Source: Candidatus Zhuqueibacterota bacterium
GTDB taxonomy: Bacteria > Zhuqueibacterota > Zhuqueibacteria > Residuimicrobiales > JAFGEC01
Reading direction: 5' to 3'
Assembly (NCBI GenBank): GCA_016931775.1
Contig: JAFGEC010000512.1
Coordinates: forward strand, 460-64,459
Length of the DNA: 64,000 nt
Part shown: piece after piece, positions 49,801 through 58,264 of the stretch
How the letters are laid out: each line of letters begins with the position of its first letter
How positions within the stretch are numbered: the first letter of the stretch is position 1
Position numbers and translations under genes: made by a program
Notes under the pieces: model-generated
What the model saw: only the letters and a program-made list of their open reading frames with translations
What the model was told of the DNA's origin: nothing
Database searches by the model: none

Positions 49801-51327
49801 TACCGACTGTCCGATTGCCAAATCGATTCCTGAAAAAGTATCTTTGTAAATCCGAGCCATTGGGTCGGATGATTCCAGTTGAACGGACAGGTTTTCTGAC
49901 GGTGTCGATCCGATATTTTTAACGTTTACCGTGAGTTTTACTGTTTCTCCCGGATCGATAAAACCATTGTCGTTACCGGCGATGTTGTCCTGGATGCTAA
50001 AATCGGAATAAGTGACGTAAGCATCGTCTATAGATTCCGGTGCACCTGCAACGGTAGCCAAAGTGGCTAATCCCGTTTTCACTACCTGGCTGAAATAAGG
50101 TATGGAAACGTTTTCGATGGTATCGCTGATTTTATGCCAGTTGGGACTGAAATCCTCTTCCTCTCCATATATAAAATAGTAGCCCCGTTGACGAAAGGGC
50201 ACATGGTCGCTGCCACCGCCTGCTGTTATAATGCGTGGTGTAAGAGATGTATATTGGTAGGCCAGATTTTGCATGAGATCGGCAAAATGACGGGAAACAT
50301 TATCCGTGGCTATATTGAGTCCTGTACCCGGATTCCCTGGATTTACATTGCCGATCATGTCAAAATTAATGTACAAGCCGATATTCATGTTGCCCTGATA
50401 CGCTCTGGCAACCCAATCCGTGCTGCCGTACAATCCCTGTTCCTCTGCAGCCCAACAGGCAAATTTCACCGTACATTCAAGATCGATATCCGCCAATAAA
50501 CGGGCTGACTCCAAAACGGCTATAGTACCGGTTCCGTCGTCATCAACACCGGGTGCATAAATCATGGGATTGTTTCCATCATGGACGATCGAATCATAGT
50601 GCCCGCCGATAACGATTACGCTGTCGGGATAAAGTGTGCCTTTTTTCGTTGCGATAATATTGCGTTGAAGTTTGTTTTCCACGGGTATAGTGAGTGTATC
50701 GAAAACAATATCGGTGTAGCCGAATTCTTGAAATTTATCATATAACCATTGACCTGCGGCATAAACAGAGTCGGATCCCGAGAAACGTGTGCGAAACGCC
50801 TGCAGGCGCTGGAGACCTGCCGTTAACGTGCCTTCGGAAACACGGTTGACCAGCGACCGGATAACCGGGTCCTGTGTGAATCCGGAGGAAGACAAGTGCT
50901 TTACCGGCGGTGATATCAGCGGCAGGGGATCACGTGATAACGGTGTGACTTTAAAAGGTCCCTTGACCGGTTTCTCTTGCGGGGAGAGTCCGATAATAAA
51001 GCCCTGTTCGTTTTGCCAGATGGGCTTGGCGGGAGGGGTGACCTCCCTTCCGGGCACCGGTTCGAGCAGATAGTAATTTTTTCCCCATGCCGATTCGTCC
51101 AATAGCTCGAATTGAAAGCCCAATCCCTGTAGCTTGACGGCGGCCTCCCGGGTTGTGGTTACAATCATCATGTCGTCCTGGCGATAGTTTAAGCGAATCG
51201 GCAGGGCAGCGAGTTGTGATATGTCTTTACCGTTTATATCGATCTTTATCAGAATGTCGGAGGGTGTGCTGTTAATGAGAGATGAGAATAATAATAATAT
51301 TACAAGTGTTTTTTTTGTTGTCTTCAT
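46816..51327 (-). CDS. Giant secreted M28-family zinc aminopeptidase (1,503 aa) with multiple Ig/CARDB-like domains and a T9SS C-terminal domain
   Basis: Signal peptide MKTTKKTLVILLLFSSL. M28 motifs IGGHYDS, GVDDDGTG and EEQGLYGS. The T9SS CTD is YPNPFSS...VYNMLGQQV...GIYFIRF. Confidence 0.85.
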   Translation of the reverse strand: MKTTKKTLVILLLFSSLINSTPSDILIKIDINGKDISQLAALPIRLNYRQDDMMIVTTTREAAVKLQGLGFQFELLDESAWGKNYYLLEPVPGREVTPPAKPIWQNEQGFIIGLSPQEKPVKGPFKVTPLSRDPLPLISPPVKHLSSSGFTQDPVIRSLVNRVSEGTLTAGLQRLQAFRTRFSGSDSVYAAGQWLYDKFQEFGYTDIVFDTLTIPVENKLQRNIIATKKGTLYPDSVIVIGGHYDSIVHDGNNPMIYAPGVDDDGTGTIAVLESARLLADIDLECTVKFACWAAEEQGLYGSTDWVARAYQGNMNIGLYINFDMIGNVNPGNPGTGLNIATDNVSRHFADLMQNLAYQYTSLTPRIITAGGGSDHVPFRQRGYYFIYGEEEDFSPNWHKISDTIENVSIPYFSQVVKTGLATLATVAGAPESIDDAYVTYSDFSIQDNIAGNDNGFIDPGETVKLTVNVKNIGSTPSENLSVQLESSDPMARIYKDTFSGIDLAIGQSVPVTYQLDISSNTPADHLFILKLIIRDDASHSWENFIHIKVEQPELYASSQQLFEIAGNGNQAADPGETCQLTVNLFNSGKRVARDISVILSTTDPDIQITKDTSVFPAIEKQTSGDNSLDPWILTISPSALPHRVEFHLNISEGAGYYTRSVPVYILLSQEPILLVADDGETDISSRYIAAAQEIGIQLVLWDNNTGESISREQLMNYKSVIWYCGSAGRNNLSSAEQELIGGYLDDGGNLLLSGEFIGYHLRNSPFYTDYLHAAFAGIQTQLFGLEHTDGNPVTDMDILLDADENIWPTEIDPIEPAFPVLHYKPGTGTGTIQSSGTAALGVQTDTYKLVYCSFKLETIIPPQSRSLFIQDVLEWFNGAPLDIRPLLGLNSTVIDDDSSQTGAGNGDGYANPGENLNIYLQIENTGDLAAEDVKICLSTTDTSVTVIDSTIVLDRIDVRSTVFTQEHLSVHVSPSVQHDHQVSFEVKMTDASGSVFTGRFFITIVYSYCVSGRITDAADGEGVPGIVLWRQVVSYLTGGNNNFGAKLADSSGFFTMALPQDDYILTAWAENYTQSAEIRVKLDGRQMLDFELYSPRISANDSLYVSVPAGEITQDTLFLINTNNGILEFFIYESGGAGTPLSNQPIDVSTVLKTMSVLLPHTEEATPVDRQPEPDDWKILYHQESVDGSLPALRNLYIHKNQSDLYFKHLITEADGDAIQYFLFFDTDFNSDTGLTVSDLGADYLFLYEGLSAYIVQWSPGHNEFRPISGYSQPRYMDWNSEEQMLLFGLRLEQIGNPHTLRMLCVLTDKESRIYDYAPRGEFISIPFTVSGSPWLSFDRYFDRTGSNPLVSIPVTFDASELQPGIYTTNISVQNNDPTNHSFTIPVTFRVGETGIQTPDTDGVPDRYALHQNYPNPFSSRLDGQTGTTVRYQLPIPEKVTIKVYNMLGQQVVTLVDARQPAGYHSIQWNGCLAGGKLGGNGIYFIRFQAGDYSETRKMLLVK

Positions 51328-51523
51328 GGTTTCTCCACAAATGTGATTTGTAAAGATTAAAAAAGTTGTCATTCAGCAATTTTAGGTTTTGGTAATATAC
51401 GGAGAAATTATACAAAATAAATTAAAGATTTTTATTGCGGACTTTCAGACAGTAATTTTATTTTCACTGACGATGATTTTTTTTGATGAAATTTCTTGTT
51501 TTGGTTTTAAATGATTTGATTTT

Positions 51524-51979
51524 TTACAACCGAAACCGAAATCCGCCGCCGATGACAAAATCATCATAATCACCCATGATGAGTTTGGCTTGCAGGTATG
51601 GAATCGAGCCGCGGTTTTTAAACCCGATTCCGAACAGCAGGTTGAGCCCGGTATCGCTATCACCTTTATCGGCGCCGTCTGCTTTCAAGCGTGTCATGGC
51701 AAGTCCGCCGCCGACCCAGCCGTAGGATTTTCTGCTGCTGTAAATGTAGTACAAAACATCAAAATTAATGGTCATATAGGAAACATCTTCTACAAATACG
51801 TATTCCAGATTGGGATTGAAATCGAGACGGGGTGCCAATTTGAATACCAGATCTCCGCCAATAAAAAACTCATCCACATCCGTATACAATCCTGCGCGGA
51901 TACCGGCAAGCGGTGCGGCCGTGGCGGCAGGTGAGAGAAGAGCGACTGTAAAGAACAGTAAAAGTAATCTTTTCGCCAT
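51524..51979 (-). CDS. Small outer-membrane beta-barrel protein (151 aa)
   Basis: Signal peptide MAKRLLLLFFTVALLSPAATAA, alternating amphipathic beta-strands and a C-terminal aromatic tail (GFRFRL). Confidence 0.55.
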   Translation of the reverse strand: MAKRLLLLFFTVALLSPAATAAPLAGIRAGLYTDVDEFFIGGDLVFKLAPRLDFNPNLEYVFVEDVSYMTINFDVLYYIYSSRKSYGWVGGGLAMTRLKADGADKGDSDTGLNLLFGIGFKNRGSIPYLQAKLIMGDYDDFVIGGGFRFRL

Positions 51980-52278
51980 TGGTAAATCCTCCTTTATGAT
52001 TGTTAACTGAAAAATATACACATGTGATTCTGAAGGGGAGGTGACAGATGTCACGAAACCGGGAACAAAAATATATCATTTGGTGGTTTTCCCTGCTTGC
52101 CGAAATCAAAGTAGTTGTTGAATTGTTCTGATTTTTCCTGAAAATATGATGCTGTTTCGAACAGGATCATTATGAAGCAGTATTTTAAGTGCGGAATCAA
52201 GATGCTTTGTTCAGCTGAAAAAGGGCTGGATTGTTAATTTTTTTATGATAAATTTTAAGTACTTTAAGCAAGATATCT

Positions 52279-52668
52279 GTGTTGTATTTAAAATCCGGCA
52301 TAACCATGGCATCCTTTTTTGAACAGGTGTGGTATCTGGTAGCAAAAATTCCCTGCGGAAAGGTGGCGACTTACGGTCAGATTGCCTATTTGTTGGGGAA
52401 TCCGAGAGCGGCGAGAACGGTAGGCTGGGCGCTTCATGGTATACCCGACGATTTGGATATTCCGTGGCATCGTGTCATCAACTCCAAGGGTAGAATCAGT
52501 ATGGATTGCGGCGAGCACGATCCGGATTTGCAGCGTTTATTGCTGGAAGGAGAAGGGGTGGAATTTGTGAACGACCGGATTGATTTGGTGCGCTACCAGT
52601 GGCGGCCGGTTGATGAGAATTTAAATTTATCTCCATTAGATGAGAAAGAACCTCAAGATGCCGTTTGA
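52279..52668 (+). CDS. Alkyltransferase-like (ATL) protein: the MGMT/Ogt DNA-binding domain with Trp replacing the active-site Cys
   Basis: ...KIPCGKVATYGQIA...NPRAARTVGWAL...IPWHRVIN.... This is PWHRV rather than PCHRV. The start could be the ATG at 52306. Confidence 0.75.
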   Translation: MLYLKSGITMASFFEQVWYLVAKIPCGKVATYGQIAYLLGNPRAARTVGWALHGIPDDLDIPWHRVINSKGRISMDCGEHDPDLQRLLLEGEGVEFVNDRIDLVRYQWRPVDENLNLSPLDEKEPQDAV

Positions 52669-53306
52669 CGTGATGGGCACAGGTGTGCGATGGGGCATTT
52701 CCCGCACAACGGCTGGCGTGCTTTGCAAATGGTTCGCCCCAGTTTTAAAAAGTTCATGTGCAGGGAAAAGGATTTTCCGTCGGGAACGAGGGGCTGCATC
52801 AAAAAATGCGTTTTTTCCGCACTGGCGTTTTCCGGCACCAGATTCAGTTTGCGGCAAATCCGGTGCACGTGTGTGTCCACCGGAAAAATATCCACACCAC
52901 AGGTAAACATCAGCACCACGGCGATGGTTTTAATGCCGATGCCCTTAAGCTGGGTAAAGGTTTCGATGGCATGGTCCGGTTGCATCTCACATAAAAAATC
53001 CAGATTCAATTCGCCGGTCCGTTCGACAATCCAGTGCAAAAATTTTTGGATGCGTTCGCTTTTTTGGTTAGCCAATCCTGCAGGACGAATGGTATCGGCA
53101 ATGTCCGAAGTGGGTTCATCGAGTAACAGGGACCAATCCGGGTAACGTTCTTTCAGGCGGTGATAGGCCATGTCCCTGTTTTTATCATTGGTATTTTGCG
53201 ACAGGATCGTTTTTATCATGCTGGACAGGGGATTGCCCCGGCCATTCCATTGCGGGACGCCGAAAAAGTCTTCCAGGCAAGCTGTGATTTCTGCGACATT
53301 GTCCAT
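52653..53306 (-). CDS. nth: Endonuclease III (HhH-GPD DNA glycosylase with a [4Fe-4S] cluster)
   Basis: HhH-GPD region ...LKGIGIKTIAVVLMF... and a C-terminal CKARQPLCGKCPIAHLC cluster loop. Confidence 0.85.
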   Translation of the reverse strand: MDNVAEITACLEDFFGVPQWNGRGNPLSSMIKTILSQNTNDKNRDMAYHRLKERYPDWSLLLDEPTSDIADTIRPAGLANQKSERIQKFLHWIVERTGELNLDFLCEMQPDHAIETFTQLKGIGIKTIAVVLMFTCGVDIFPVDTHVHRICRKLNLVPENASAEKTHFLMQPLVPDGKSFSLHMNFLKLGRTICKARQPLCGKCPIAHLCPSRQTAS

Positions 53307-53606
53307 TCACGGTGCCGGGTGTTTTAATTTTTTCATTGCACCTGCAAATTCGGTATCGCAGATACCGACAACAGTCAATTGATCGCGGCCGCATATACGC
53401 CCCAGTTGATTTTTATCTGCGACGCGAATAACCGGGGGAACGGGGTGCAGTATTTTTTTGAGTTCATTTTCCAGCTTTGGCGATGCATCAGTTGCGATGA
53501 CCAGCAGTCGGATATTTTTTTTATGCAATACGGCTGTTCGTCCCAGTGCGGTTTTACCGGCTTTGTTGGCAAAGCCGACGAGTGTTAAAATTTTATGATC
53601 GTCCAT
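53307..53606 (-). CDS. L7Ae-family RNA-binding protein (YlxQ-like)
   Basis: ...LVGFANKAGKTALG...LLVIATDAS... matches the YlxQ/L7Ae pattern. It is adjacent to the ylxR-like gene. Confidence 0.7.
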   Translation of the reverse strand: MDDHKILTLVGFANKAGKTALGRTAVLHKKNIRLLVIATDASPKLENELKKILHPVPPVIRVADKNQLGRICGRDQLTVVGICDTEFAGAMKKLKHPAP

Positions 53607-53856
53607 TTATTTGTCCGAGCAGATTGAGTGCATCGACCTGTATTTTTTTTCGGAACGCACGTGAAAATTTGTGTTTTTTTATGGCTGTTTCCAGGCATTG
53701 GATTTGGGGACATATATAACATCCTCTTCCCGGCAGGTTTTGTGCGCGATCAACCTTGATTTTGTTTTCCGGGGTACACACCAGGCGTAAAAGTTCCTTT
53801 TTAGGTCGTTTTTGCAAACATCCGATACAGGTTCGAGCAGGTATGTGTTGGGCCAT
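53593..53856 (-). CDS. YlxR-family (DUF448) RNA-binding protein
   Basis: RTCIGC...PGRGCYIC motif characteristic of YlxR/RnpM. Confidence 0.7.
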   Translation of the reverse strand: MAQHIPARTCIGCLQKRPKKELLRLVCTPENKIKVDRAQNLPGRGCYICPQIQCLETAIKKHKFSRAFRKKIQVDALNLLGQINGRS

Positions 53857-54082
53857 AATTTTATTAGCATGTCACATGTTTGAGACAATTTTTGAAAAAT
53901 AGGGATTAAGTGTGTCATTTACAAGAAAAATTCATTTTATGCTTTTTTGGTTTAAAATTAATTTAAACAATTATTTATCGCTTGAATAGCCAAATGCCGA
54001 TTGAAAAAATTTTTTTATAAAAATGAAAAAAAATGTTGCGTTATATGGACAAATTGTTTATATTTGCCCAGGTGAAGAAACA

Positions 54083-54118
54083 AAATGTGCGAAAATTCCA
54101 CAAAAATGTGCGAATTTT
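54083..54118 (+). promoter_or_regulatory. Direct repeat AAAATGTGCGAA(A)ATT x2, spaced 20 nt apart, upstream of the kinase-kinase-regulator operon. Candidate regulator-binding site.
   Basis: caaaatgtgcgaaaattccacaaaaatgtgcgaattttca seen directly. Confidence 0.4.
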
Positions 54119-54296
54119 CATTTTTAAATTGAAAATCCCTCCAAATTGACAATTCTGATGTGCTGAATTTTTCTGCACCAGGGCGGTGTGAGGTTGTGTG
54201 AGGGAAAAGGTGAGAAAAAGATGGTCATTTCTCCCGGAAAAAAATATCGAACGAAAAAACAGTCAGGCAAAAACCGAGTTTTTGAGGGGTGTGAAG

Positions 54297-55424
54297 ATGG
54301 CTCAAACGTATAAAGTAAAGACGATGCAGGACAAGGAAATGCAGCATCAAATTAACGAGTTGAGGGCACTGCACAGTTTTGACATGGACATTTTAAATGC
54401 AATCCCTAACTGGACTATTGTGGTGGACGGTTCTTTTAATATTTTACGGCAAAATGCACCATTTCCCGGTTACCTGTCCGAGGTCATCGGATCGAATTTG
54501 TTCCGTGTCTTTCCGATTTTTGACAAACCCGAAGTACGGCGCTGTGTTAAAAATTGTTTAACCAAATTTTCGGAATCGGGTTACCATCTGAGTATCGAAT
54601 CCGGCCAAAGTGAATGGCGTCAATTGTACATTAATAAAATTCGTTCTCAGTCCGGAATCGATGCTGTGTTGCTTATGGCGCAAAAGGAACATCAACCGCA
54701 AACGGATATTTCGGTTTTGCGTTCTGAAAGTATCCGCTATTTGAACAAGTTCGTCAGTTGGGTTGTTCATGACATTAAAAATCCGCTATCAGCTATGCTG
54801 ACGTTGTTGGATTTTCTACGCCGCGAAGATGTGCACAATGAAGATGGCGTACACAAATTCCAGAGTCATGTTGACCTTATCCAAAGCCAGGCGGATCGGA
54901 TTGTGACCATTCTTGAAAACATCCGTCCGTTACAGGGATATACCTCAAAAACCATGCAACCTATACAATTGCGAACCATCATCGAACGGGCATTAGCAGT
55001 TGCAAATTTTCGCAAGGTAGGGCCGCGGGATCTTCAGGTTAACGAATCCATCGATTTGCATGTCCCGGATATTTACTGTTGTGAAGCCAGTCTGCAGGTT
55101 GCCATTTGCGAGATTTATCTCAATGCGCTTGAAGCCGTTAATGATGGCGGTCGTATTGATGTTAAACTGGATTATCAAAATGATGAGTATAAAGTGACTA
55201 TTCAGGACGATGGCACCGGTATTCCGGCACAGAACATGGATAAAATATTTGAACTTTTTTATTCGACTCGGAGTGAGAAAAACAAAGGCGGTCTGGGTTT
55301 GACGTTGGCGAACTCCATTGTCCTTTACCATGGCGGACGGCTATTCGTGGAAAGTGAGGAGGGGCACGGTACGACGGTGACGATTAAACTGCCCCGCAAA
55401 CCCCATAGCCACAAATTGAATTAA
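54297..55424 (+). CDS. PAS-domain sensor histidine kinase
   Basis: H-box VVHDIKNPLSAM and N/G boxes NALEAV, DDGTGI, GGLGLTL. The start is at the ATG with a GAGGGG RBS. Confidence 0.8.
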   Translation: MAQTYKVKTMQDKEMQHQINELRALHSFDMDILNAIPNWTIVVDGSFNILRQNAPFPGYLSEVIGSNLFRVFPIFDKPEVRRCVKNCLTKFSESGYHLSIESGQSEWRQLYINKIRSQSGIDAVLLMAQKEHQPQTDISVLRSESIRYLNKFVSWVVHDIKNPLSAMLTLLDFLRREDVHNEDGVHKFQSHVDLIQSQADRIVTILENIRPLQGYTSKTMQPIQLRTIIERALAVANFRKVGPRDLQVNESIDLHVPDIYCCEASLQVAICEIYLNALEAVNDGGRIDVKLDYQNDEYKVTIQDDGTGIPAQNMDKIFELFYSTRSEKNKGGLGLTLANSIVLYHGGRLFVESEEGHGTTVTIKLPRKPHSHKLN

Positions 55425-55459
55425 TTGTCCTTTGGTTCTGTGAAAAACTAAGGGTATTT

Positions 55460-56518
55460 ATGAAAGATACAAAAAGAATTGCCGATGAAAAACGGCTGAC
55501 GATTACTCTGGATCGCACTTTGAAAATCGTTGCCGCAGAAGGAGAGCTCGATGTGAAAACTGTTGCCACAGAAACGCTCATCGGGCACAATCCCGCCACG
55601 GCACTGGAAAGCTACTGGAATGATCACATCGAGGAACATTGTCATTCAAGCTTGTCGGCGGGTAAGACATTCGTCCGTGAGTTTGAATATCTGGATCAGG
55701 CATCCATTACCAAATTTATTTCTATTACGATCGAACCGCAGGCGGCGGACGGATTTATTTCCGGAGTGTATGTACATTTTGAGGATATAACGGAAAAAAA
55801 ACGCAACAACCTGAAAATGAATCAGCAACGCCGGATGCAAAATCTCGCTCTGCTCGCCTCCAATATTTCCGATAAAATTAACAATCCCCTTGCGCGTGTT
55901 TTAAATCAAGTCGGCACGCTGCTCATGGAAGATTTAAAGACCATGGAAACGAAACATTTGCTGCACGAACTGGAAAATATTCAGGAGCTCGTGTATTCCA
56001 TGTCATCGGTGACTATTGCATTGCAGGCTTTCAGTACAGTTTGTTCGGATAATTTCCAGCAAATTGATATCAATAGTATCGTGGAAAAATCCGTGGAATT
56101 AAGCCGGCTGCTCAAGGTCAATGAACATATTGATTATCGTGTTCACTTTGAAGCGGATATCCCGGCTATCCGTGGTAATGAAATCACGCTGGAGCAATGC
56201 TTTGTCAATATTATTAAAAATGCGTTGGAAGCCATGCCCATGGGCGGAAGGCTCGAGGTTCGAACCACACTGGAAAACGATTTTGTCCTGATTATTTTCA
56301 AAGATAACGGGATGGGTATCGAGCGGAAAAATTTACATAAAATTTTCGATCCTTTTTTTAAAACCAAAAACGGCCAGCATTCCGGACTGGGCATGTCGGT
56401 GGGTTACGGCATCATTTCCAGTCACGACGGTTGGATTGATATTCAAAGCAGGCCTGACAGGGGCACTCAAGTAACCGTATTTCTTCCAGTTAAAAAAACA
56501 TTCAATATAGATAATTGA
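55460..56518 (+). CDS. Histidine-kinase-like protein whose phospho-accepting His is replaced by Asp (H-box SNISDKINNPL) while the ATPase domain is intact
   Basis: PAS-like N-terminus and DHp-like helix with D at the conserved His position. Intact N box (NALEAM), G1 (DNGMGI) and G2 (GLGMSVGYG). Confidence 0.75.
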   Translation: MKDTKRIADEKRLTITLDRTLKIVAAEGELDVKTVATETLIGHNPATALESYWNDHIEEHCHSSLSAGKTFVREFEYLDQASITKFISITIEPQAADGFISGVYVHFEDITEKKRNNLKMNQQRRMQNLALLASNISDKINNPLARVLNQVGTLLMEDLKTMETKHLLHELENIQELVYSMSSVTIALQAFSTVCSDNFQQIDINSIVEKSVELSRLLKVNEHIDYRVHFEADIPAIRGNEITLEQCFVNIIKNALEAMPMGGRLEVRTTLENDFVLIIFKDNGMGIERKNLHKIFDPFFKTKNGQHSGLGMSVGYGIISSHDGWIDIQSRPDRGTQVTVFLPVKKTFNIDN

Positions 56519-56529
56519 AAGGTGAAAAA

Positions 56530-57960
56530 ATGACTCAAGTCAACTCACGAACCGGTGACAACAAAATTCTTGTTGTCGATGATGACCGCACAGTCCTCAA
56601 TTCAATTGTCAAGCTGTTAAAAAGCTCCAATTACCGCTGCATTACCGCCCTTACCAGTGATGAAGGTGTAAAACTGATCAAAGCGGAAAAACCACTGGTG
56701 GTATTAACCGATTTAAAGATGGAAACGGAGACATCAGGGATTGACATTCTTGAGGAGGCCAAAAAGACGGATCCTGATTCGGTCGTCCTTTTATACACAG
56801 CTTTCGGTAATGTGCCGATTGCCGTGGAAGCCTTTAAAAAAGGCGCTTTTGATTTTATCCAAAAGGTGGCGACACACCACGATATTTTACATCCCGTGGA
56901 ACGGGCATTCAAATATGCACGCATGCAAAAGGAAAACGCCATACTGCGCAGCAGACTGGATTTAACAGACGACGGCACATTTTACGGCGCCATTGGTACC
57001 AGTCCGGTGAGCCGGGACCTGTTCGACAAAGCAAAGCGCGTTGCCATGACCAACGCCACAGTGATGATCACCGGCGATACAGGAACGGGCAAAGAAGTGA
57101 TCGCCAAGGGCATTCATTATCACAGCCCCCGCTGCGAAGAACCCTTTGTTCCTGTCGCCGTGGGAGCGTTGCCGGATACTTTGCTGGAAAGCGAATTATT
57201 CGGTTACATGAGGGGCTCTTTTACCGGTGCCAATAGTGACAAAGCCGGCTTGTTTGAGACCGCAAACAGAGGGACCATCTTTTTAGATGAAATCGGTGAG
57301 GTGAGTGCCGACATGCAGCATAAATTGCTGCGGGTTCTGCAGGAGCGTCAGGTACGGCGTGTCGGTGGACATAAACACATCAATTTGGATCTGCGGGTTT
57401 TGAGTGCCACCAATAAAGATCCGGAACAGCTGGTTAAAGAGGGCAAGCTGCGTGAAGATTTGTATTACCGGCTCAACGTGATCCGTATTCATATTCCCTT
57501 GTTAAAGGAGCGCAGAGAGGATGTTCCGGTGCTGGCCTATCACTTTTTGAAAAAATACCGTAACACCGGTATCATCAAAGTGGAAAAGATCAACAGTGAA
57601 GCATTGTTGTATATGCAGCAGTATGACTGGCCCGGGAATGTGCGGGAACTTCAGGGTGTCATCGAGTCTCTGGCTGCTCTGGCTACCAGTCCTGAAATAA
57701 AGGCGGAAAATCTGCCGGAAAAATTGCGACCCACCACCAAACGGGTATTTTTCCCATCCACCGAAAATCTTGATTTTAAATCCGCCAAAGCGAAAATTAT
57801 TGAAGATTTTGAAAAACAGTATATTGAAGGATTGCTGGAAAAATATGAAGGCAATATCTCAAAAGTGGCGGATGAAGCGGGATTGAATCGAAAGACCATT
57901 TACCGTTTGATCGAAGCACGAAAAATAAATTTCAAGCGGACGCGACCGGATAAAGGCTGA
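56530..57960 (+). CDS. Sigma-54-dependent response regulator (REC + AAA+ GAFTGA + HTH), NtrC family
   Basis: ILVVDDD, GDTGTGKE, GSFTGA, ESELFG and a C-terminal HTH. The start is the ATG at 56530 after AAAGGTGA. Confidence 0.9.
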   Translation: MTQVNSRTGDNKILVVDDDRTVLNSIVKLLKSSNYRCITALTSDEGVKLIKAEKPLVVLTDLKMETETSGIDILEEAKKTDPDSVVLLYTAFGNVPIAVEAFKKGAFDFIQKVATHHDILHPVERAFKYARMQKENAILRSRLDLTDDGTFYGAIGTSPVSRDLFDKAKRVAMTNATVMITGDTGTGKEVIAKGIHYHSPRCEEPFVPVAVGALPDTLLESELFGYMRGSFTGANSDKAGLFETANRGTIFLDEIGEVSADMQHKLLRVLQERQVRRVGGHKHINLDLRVLSATNKDPEQLVKEGKLREDLYYRLNVIRIHIPLLKERREDVPVLAYHFLKKYRNTGIIKVEKINSEALLYMQQYDWPGNVRELQGVIESLAALATSPEIKAENLPEKLRPTTKRVFFPSTENLDFKSAKAKIIEDFEKQYIEGLLEKYEGNISKVADEAGLNRKTIYRLIEARKINFKRTRPDKG

Positions 57961-58056
57961 GAGACATATGGGAAATTCAGGGGGCTGCCGGTTTGAAAAT
58001 ACGGTATCAGATCATTTTCGGGTGTTTCCTGACAGGTCACACTCATATTAAAAAAA

Positions 58057-58072
58057 GTGGCCTTCAGGCCAC
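58057..58072 (+). terminator. Weak hairpin (GTGGCC-ttca-GGCCAC) downstream of the regulator gene
   Basis: A perfect 6-bp stem, but the T-run begins 10 nt later. Confidence 0.3.
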
Positions 58073-58176
58073 AATATATTGTTTTTACTATCTTTGACTA
58101 CTAAAAAATTTTTTTTTAAACGAGTTAAATACAATATAAACAGGAGAATTAAATATTCGATCTCTTTTGTGAGTTC

Positions 58177-58192
58177 TGGCACAGATTTTGTA
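58177..58192 (+). promoter_or_regulatory. Candidate sigma-54 promoter (TGGCAC-N5-TTTGT) about 75 nt upstream of the orphan receiver gene
   Basis: TGGCACagattTTGTA: the -24 element is perfect and the -12 element has T instead of the conserved C. Confidence 0.3.
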
Positions 58193-58264
58193 AATATGAT
58201 ACAAAAATAAGGAATGCAGCTAAAATTTAATTAACTGTTGATAATATGAAGGGATCGATTAGGA

